NCBI GenBank assembly: GCA_963793695.1 | Contig: CAWCBB010000009.1 | Location: forward strand, 35,463-99,462 | Direction of reading: 5' to 3' | DNA from: an uncultured Acidobacteriota bacterium | GTDB taxonomy: Bacteria > Acidobacteriota > Thermoanaerobaculia > Gp7-AA8 | DNA: 64,000 nt | Shown: positions 57,922 to 64,000 of the stretch, one piece after another | How positions within the stretch are numbered: the first letter of the stretch is position 1 | Layout: each line of letters starts with the position of its first letter | The notes under the pieces: generated by a model | Told to the model about the DNA's origin: nothing | The model's input: the letters and a program-made list of their open reading frames with translations, nothing else | Databases searched by the model: none | Position numbers and translations under genes: made by a program

Positions 57922-59150
57922 GGGCGTTTCACCAGCCTTCCCCGCGTCTGCGCGAAGATGACCCACGCGACGAGGTCCGTGCTGTCGACCTTCCCGTCCT
58001 CGTTGACGTCCGAGCCCCACGATGCGGCGAAGCTCCCGCCGTGGATCTCGAGGACCGAATCGCGATCGCCGTCGACCAGCTCGTGCGCGAGCCCTTCGAG
58101 ATCGCGCTCGGTCAGGTCGCCGTCCCCGTCGACGTCGCCGCGCGCGGGCGGGACGAGGCGCCAGATCGCGCCGGCCGTGGCGAAGAAGATCTCTCCATCG
58201 CTCTTCTGCGCGACGTCGAGGATCGAGTTGAAACCGCCCAGCTGCGGGAGATCCTCGATGAGCGGGATCGGCGCCTGAACCGCCGCGCCGGCGTCGGGAA
58301 AGTAATAGATCGCCCTCGTGACGAAACTCGCCACGAGATATCCCGTGCGGCCCCCGGGAAGGAGGCCGCGCACGAGCGAGAGGCCGGTGGGCGCGACCGT
58401 GTCGGGGAAGATGTAGACGGGCGGTGTCACCCCTTCCGGCACGTCCGTGCTGCCGGAGGTCGTCGGCCACCCGTAGTCCCCTCCTTCGCGCACGAAGGAG
58501 ACCTCGTCCCGCGCTTCCGGCCCGTTGTCGCCGACGATGAGGAAGTCGCCGGAGGGCGCGACCGCCAGGTCGTAGGGGTTTCTGAATCCCCGCGCGAACG
58601 GGGTTGCGCTCCCGCCGGAGGCGATCCGGAAGATCCGCCCGGCGGGCGAGTCGTTGCGCGCAGCCAGGTTCGGGTAGCCGAAATCGCCGATGCCGACATA
58701 GATCGTCCCGTCGGGCGCGACGGTGGGATTCCCGCCGTGGTGCTCGGAGGAGCACGGCTGCCCCGCCGCGCAGAGGATCCGCGCGAGCTCCCGGATCGCG
58801 CCGTCGCCGGGATCGATCTCGCTGATGATGTCGGCGGTCAGATCGGGGGCGACGTAATGAGCGACGATCCTCTCTCCCCGGAATGCGATCCCGAGGAGAA
58901 CGGCGTTGCCGATCACGGCCGTCGGCACGGTCGCGACGAGGGTCGTGCCCGACGGGTCGACGCGGTAAATGCCGCCTTCCGTCACCGAGTAGAAGAGCCG
59001 CCCCTCCGGATCGAAGGCGATCGACGTGACGAAGCCGCTCGCGGCCGCGACCTTCTCGACGCGGAAGCCGGGAAGCAGCGACGCGGCGTTCGCCTCGCCG
59101 GCGCCGAGCGCGAGAAGCAGAAGAGAGATGATCGCGTGAATCGAACGCAT
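57918..59150 (-). CDS. Secreted PQQ-dependent glucose/sorbosone dehydrogenase-like protein with dockerin-like C-terminus
   Basis: HHGG, GDFG, GFRNPY, DNG, DYGWP, APTG; GDVDGDG and SDVNEDGKVD repeats. Confidence 0.85.
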   Translation of the reverse strand: MRSIHAIISLLLLALGAGEANAASLLPGFRVEKVAAASGFVTSIAFDPEGRLFYSVTEGGIYRVDPSGTTLVATVPTAVIGNAVLLGIAFRGERIVAHYVAPDLTADIISEIDPGDGAIRELARILCAAGQPCSSEHHGGNPTVAPDGTIYVGIGDFGYPNLAARNDSPAGRIFRIASGGSATPFARGFRNPYDLAVAPSGDFLIVGDNGPEARDEVSFVREGGDYGWPTTSGSTDVPEGVTPPVYIFPDTVAPTGLSLVRGLLPGGRTGYLVASFVTRAIYYFPDAGAAVQAPIPLIEDLPQLGGFNSILDVAQKSDGEIFFATAGAIWRLVPPARGDVDGDGDLTERDLEGLAHELVDGDRDSVLEIHGGSFAASWGSDVNEDGKVDSTDLVAWVIFAQTRGRLVKRP

Positions 59151-59225
59151 ACCGAGCTCCGCCGCCCCCATTGCAATCCCGGTGCTCGCTCCTGAGCGAT
59201 TGGGACCCGACCCGACGCCCGACCC

Positions 59226-59468
59226 TCAGACACCCGGCGCCCGAAGCGCCGGGGCCAGGTCGAGGTCGAAGGATGCCGTCATCCCGAAATCGGGTGGTAT
59301 CTGCAGATCGAGAAGGAGGCAGCCGTCGCCGTCGGGGGATGCGTCGAGAAACGCGCGGGCGGAGGCGAAGCCGCGGACGTGGATGCCGGCCGAGCGGATG
59401 AGCCGGATCAGGCTTCGACGGACGGAGTCGTCGTCGTCGACGATCCAGATGGTCGGAGGGGCGGTCAT
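59226..59468 (-). pseudogene. Truncated FixJ-like receiver domain
   Basis: IWIVDDDDSVRRSL...CLLLDLQIP then diverges; lacks the conserved T/S and K. Confidence 0.55.
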
Positions 59469-59557
59469 GGTGGCGATGATTCTGCGTCCGCGGGAGGGGA
59501 GGCGCATCGGCCCTTGGGGCGGAATTTCGACTCCGGGAGGGAGGTTCTTGAGGGTCC

Positions 59558-59587
59558 TTGACGCTGCGAGGAGGGGGTGGCCATAAT
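59558..59587 (+). promoter_or_regulatory. Sigma-70 promoter for tRNA-fMet
   Basis: TTGACG-18 bp-CATAAT followed by GC-rich sequence. Confidence 0.65.
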
Positions 59588-59636
59588 GGCGATCCTTTCG
59601 CGGCGGCCGCGGCAGCACGGCGGTCGAGGCGCATGA

Positions 59637-59714
<78 letters not shown>

Positions 59715-59729
59715 CTTTTTCAATGATCT

Positions 59730-59756
59730 ACGGCCACCCTCGCGGTGGCCGTTTTT
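59730..59756 (+). terminator. Intrinsic terminator after tRNA-fMet
   Basis: ACGGCCACC-loop-GGTGGCCGTTTTT. Confidence 0.85.
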
Positions 59757-60040
59757 CGTTGGTCGGGCGCTTGACGTCACACTTCACAGCCTCCGCGGGC
59801 GAATCCGCGAGCTCGAGGGGCGCAGCGGAAGTCCTCGCCTTGCGTCCGCCATGTCCGAACCCCTGCAGCTCTGACCCTGCCGCCGGGTCCGCTTGATGAG
59901 CCAAATCGAGGCGGATGCGACGCGTGACGGCACGCGGCCGTCACGCGTCGTGTGTGGCGGGGCGCACCTCCCTCCGATCGCCGGGGAGCAACCATTCGAC
60001 TGCGACTCCGGAGTACGCCCGGTGTAAATTGCGGGGGACC

Positions 60041-63000
60041 ATGAAGGTGCGCGACGTCCAACCGCTTCAATGGCTGCGGATCCGATTGCGCCGCCGGATG
60101 GGGAGCTCCTCCGCCCCCCGCCCATCCGGCATCGTTCAGCAGCCGGACGTGCCGCTCTGGAGGCCGTGGCGGCTCGCCGCTCTCATGGCGGGATTCGGCA
60201 TCGCCAGCGCGCTGCTGTTCTTCGATTTCTATCGCGACGCGAAGGACGCGGCCGTCAGGAATCTGACGCACGAACAGCGAACCCACGCCCGGCAGGCGGC
60301 GCACGGGATCCAGGATTTCTTCGGAACGTGGACCAGCACCCTTTCCGCCCTCGGCAAGATGGACGGCGTCGTCGACGCCAGCGCCGTGGGTCGACAAACC
60401 ATGGCGCTCTTCTATGAAGCTCACAAAGGACAGATCCGTTCGATCACTCGGATGGATGAGCGCGGCACGATCCTCGCGGCATACCCGTCCGAGCGATCGG
60501 CTGGCTCCGACATCTCGAATCAGCAACACGTGAGGGAAATGCTGCGCGATCACCGGCCGGTGGTCAGCGACGTATTCCGCGCGGTACAAGGGTTCGACGC
60601 CGTCGCCCTGCACGTGCCCGTATTCGAAGGAACACGGTTCAAAGGCTCGATCGCCGTCGTCATCAATTTCGAGAGTCTCGCGAGAAACTACTTCGACGTC
60701 ATCAAGATCGGCGAAACGAGCCACGCCTGGGTGATCAGCCGCGATGGGACGCTGCTGTACACCCCTGAACGCGGGCTCACCGGAACATCGGCTTTCGAAG
60801 CGTTCCACGACTTCCCCTCGGTCACGGCGCTGCTCACGCGCATGGTCCAGGGCCGCGAAGGCGCCGTGATCTACACCATGCCGTCCACACGGTCTCCGGC
60901 GCCGAGGCCGACTCGGTTCTACGCCTTGTACGAGCCGATTCGAATCGGTCATACATTCTGGTCGGTGGTCGTGGCCTCCTCCGAGGGAGAGATGCTGGCC
61001 GGCCTGAATTCGTTCAGGAACCATCTCGCCCTGGTCATTGGCCTCGTGTTCATGGGCGGCCTCCTCGGCGCGGTCGTCGTGGTCAGGGCTCGGCTCATCG
61101 TAGAAGAGGAGGGAAAGCGCCGGCGGGCGGAGGAGGCGGTTCGATCGAGTGAACGGCTCCGAGCCATGATGCACGACGCGATCACCGACGTCCTCTTCTA
61201 TCTCGGCGTCGAGGCCGACGGAGGGTATCGCTTTCTGTCGGCGAATCCCGCGTTCCTCAACACCACGGGCCTGAGTGAGAGCGACGTCATCGGGCGATCG
61301 GTCCAGGAGGTGATTCCCGAGCCCGCACTCGGGATCGCGCTCGAAAAGTACGCTGAAGCGATCGCGAGCCGCAAAACGGTCACCTGGCACGAGACGTCCG
61401 CGTATCCGGCGGGGTCGAGGCACGGCGAGGTGTCGATCACGCCCGTCTTCGATGCCGGCGGTCGATGCACGCATCTGTTCGGGACCGTGCACGACGTGAC
61501 CGACCAACGCGTGGCCGAGGCCGCACTGCGAAAGAGCGAAGAGCGTTATCGGATGCTGTTCGAAAACGGCCCGCAGCCGACGATCGTCGTCGATGACGAG
61601 ACCGATCGAGTCGTCGCCACCAACGAAGCCGCGTTCCGGCAGTTCGGCTACGACATCGCAGAGCTGCTCGCGTGCCGCCTGGCCGACATCGTCGATAGAG
61701 GAGACAGGGAGCGCGTGGCTCAAGCCCTCCATCAGAGCGATCGATCGAGGAAGTACTCCGATCTCGCCTTCCGGCGAAAGGACGGTTCCATCTTTCTGGC
61801 AGATGTCGCCTTGGGCACCATCGCCTACGAGAGGCGCCCATCGCGGCTGGTCGTCATCACGGATGTCACCGAGCGCGCCACCGCGAGGCGCGCACTGAGC
61901 GACGCACAGTGGTTCCATGAAGAGCTGATCTCGAGTGCCGGCGAGGGGATCGTCGCTTTCGATCGCGAGCTTCGTGTCCTCGTTTGGAACAGGTTCATGG
62001 AAGCGCCTGACGGGGAGTCCCGCCCCGGATGTCGTCGGCAGGAACGCGACTTCGTTGTCGCCTTTCCTGCACACTTCTTCGGAGAGCGCGTTGCGCAGCA
62101 CCCTTCAATCCGGCGAACGCCGAACCACCGAGTTCACAGTCGAACTGCAGGGCGAAGCGTGCTGGTTGCAGCAGGTCTCGGTGCCGTACTGGGACCAGTC
62201 CAGCTGAGATCGTCGGGGTGATCGCGATCGTTTCCGACATCACGGAGCGCAAGCGGCTCGAGGAAGAGCGCGAAGTCCTGAGCGCGCGGATGGCAGACCT
62301 GGACAAGATGGAAGCCCTCGGGACTCTGGCGGGCGGGATCGCTCACGACTTCAACAACATCCTCTCGGTGATCCTGTCGTTCGCGGCGGTCGCGGAACGA
62401 AGCAAGACCGAAGAGCAGCGATTCTCGGAAGCGCTCGAAATGATCCGGCAGGCAGTCCGCCGCGGCGCGGATCTCGCGAAGCAGGTCCTGACGTTCGCGC
62501 GCCGAGCGGACTCGACCGCAGAGGCCGTCGATCTGAACCAGCTCCTGACCGAGATCATGAAGATGGCGCAGTCCACCTTTCCTCGGACGATCACCTTCGA
62601 ATCCGCCCTTGACGAGACTCTTCCGCTCGTCATCGCAGACGGATCGCAGCTTCACCAGGCATTCCTGAACCTCCTGATCAACGCGCGTGACGCGATGCCG
62701 ACCGGAGGATCGATTCGCGTTGCGACGAGAGTCACGTCCGGCGCGGAAGCCCAGCGGCATTGCCCCGAGGCCCGTGGGCCTTCATACGTATCGGTTCAGG
62801 TGCGGGATACCGGACTCGGAATGCCTGAAGACGTCAGGCAAAGGATCTTCGAGCCGTTCTTCACGACGAAGGGCGAGGGACGCGGCACCGGGCTCGGTCT
62901 CGCCGTGACCTACGGCGCTGTGAAAAGCGCCGGCGGAACCATTGCCGTGGAAAGCGAGGAGAGCCGAGGAACGACCTTCGAGATCTTTCTTCCCCTGCCG

Positions 63001-63474
63001 GAGGCGTGGAGCTCCTCGAACGGCGAAAGCGTGCAGCCCCCGATGGAGCTCACCGGAAACGAGACGGTCCTCTTCGTCGAAGACGAGCCCGTCATTGGCC
63101 CACTCATGGTCGAGAACCTCCAGCAGCACGGATACTCTCCGCTTCTCGCGCGCGATGGAGTCGAAGCTCTCGCCACGTTCGACACTGCAGGCGAGCGAAT
63201 CGACATCATCGTCAGCGACGATGGCCTCCCGGGTATGGCTGGCCGTGATCTGTTCGTCGCCTTGAGAGCGCGTGGCGAGCTCGTGCCATTCGTCCTCGCG
63301 AGCGGATTCGTGGACTCCAAGGCTCTCGACTCGCTGCGGCGGGCCGGCCTGGATCAGTTTCTCCAGAAGCCCTATACCGTCGATCAGTTGCTGGTCGCGA
63401 TCCGGTCCGCTTTGAAAGACGCGAATCGCCGACGCGGGAATTCGACCGCCTCGAATCTCACCGGCGAAGATTAG
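60041..63474 (+). CDS. Hybrid sensor histidine kinase (Cache + PAS x3 + HisKA/HATPase + REC; frameshifts near 62000-62200)
   Basis: Two TMs around a Cache-like domain; [26 protein letters not shown], receiver with KPY. Confidence 0.9.
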
Positions 63475-63542
63475 GAGCGCTCGACTCGCGCGGGACGCCC
63501 GGCTCGCCGATCGCCGACTCGAAGCTCAGGCCCGGAGATCCG

Positions 63543-64000
63543 CTAAAACCCGGTCGCCTTCTTCGGGATGCGCCCGCTCTTGATGGTCTCGCTCCGCAGG
63601 CGGCGGCCGACGATGCGCTCGACCATCCGGCCGGCGTTGAGGACGCGATCCACGTCGATCCCGATGTCGATTCCCATCTCGTCCAGCATGACGACGAGAT
63701 CCTCGGTGCAGACGAGGCCCACGTTGTTCGGATCCTGGTAGTAGTACTTCCCCGTTCCCGAGACCGGAGAGCCGTCGAAGAAGTTCGCCGGCTGGCCGCC
63801 GATCCCCCCGAGCGTGCTCTCGTAGCGAACGATGCCCGCCTGCAGAGCCGCGAGAACGTTCGCGAGACCCCACCCGCGCGTCACGTGGAAGTGCGCGAGG
63901 TGCTTCGACGTGTCGGGGATCGCGTCGAGAATCATCGAGTAGTACTCGTACACCTTGTTCGGGGGAGCGGAGCCGTCGTGGTCGGCGTGCTCGATGTCGT
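63543..64000 (-). CDS. HMG-CoA lyase-like (DRE-TIM) protein, C-terminal part
   Basis: HADHDG, HFHVTRGWGLAN, GGIGG, TEDLV. Confidence 0.8.
   Translation of the reverse strand, partial: DIEHADHDGSAPPNKVYEYYSMILDAIPDTSKHLAHFHVTRGWGLANVLAALQAGIVRYESTLGGIGGQPANFFDGSPVSGTGKYYYQDPNNVGLVCTEDLVVMLDEMGIDIGIDVDRVLNAGRMVERIVGRRLRSETIKSGRIPKKATGF

Overview
GC-rich bacterial chromosomal window. Gene content and lineage-typical secreted proteins suggest Acidobacteriota, probably class Thermoanaerobaculia (inference). Many conserved genes are broken by 1-bp indels, consistent with unpolished long-read assembly, so several CDS boundaries were reconstructed across frames. Layout: (1) 1-11.7 kb housekeeping genes (etfAB, Hfq-like, pdxA, surE-pcm, acyP, apt, queD, biotin carboxylase/BCCP, tRNA-Leu, secG, tpiA, GGDEF). 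(2) 11.7-35 kb cell-surface locus: glycosyltransferases, wzt and wzm split by three large secreted proteins (giant PKD protein, S-layer candidate, FG-GAP protein), then an XRE/TPR/secreted trio. (3) 36-51 kb energy locus: midA/NDUFAF7-like gene, nuoABCDHIJKLMN without nuoEFG, and atpZ-atpI-atpB-atpE. (4) 51-64 kb: two OmpA proteins, a divergent membrane pyrophosphatase, yjbQ, sodC, bacilliredoxin, tRNA-fMet and a hybrid kinase. The most notable feature is the complex I-like enzyme: it lacks the NADH-input module here, and NuoC and very likely NuoB each carry a paralogous C-terminal four-cysteine Fe-S domain on a long Pro/Ala linker, suggesting built-in tethered electron shuttles. Also notable is an IS4-like MITE with a 12-bp target duplication, inserted in one REP-like palindrome and carrying another.
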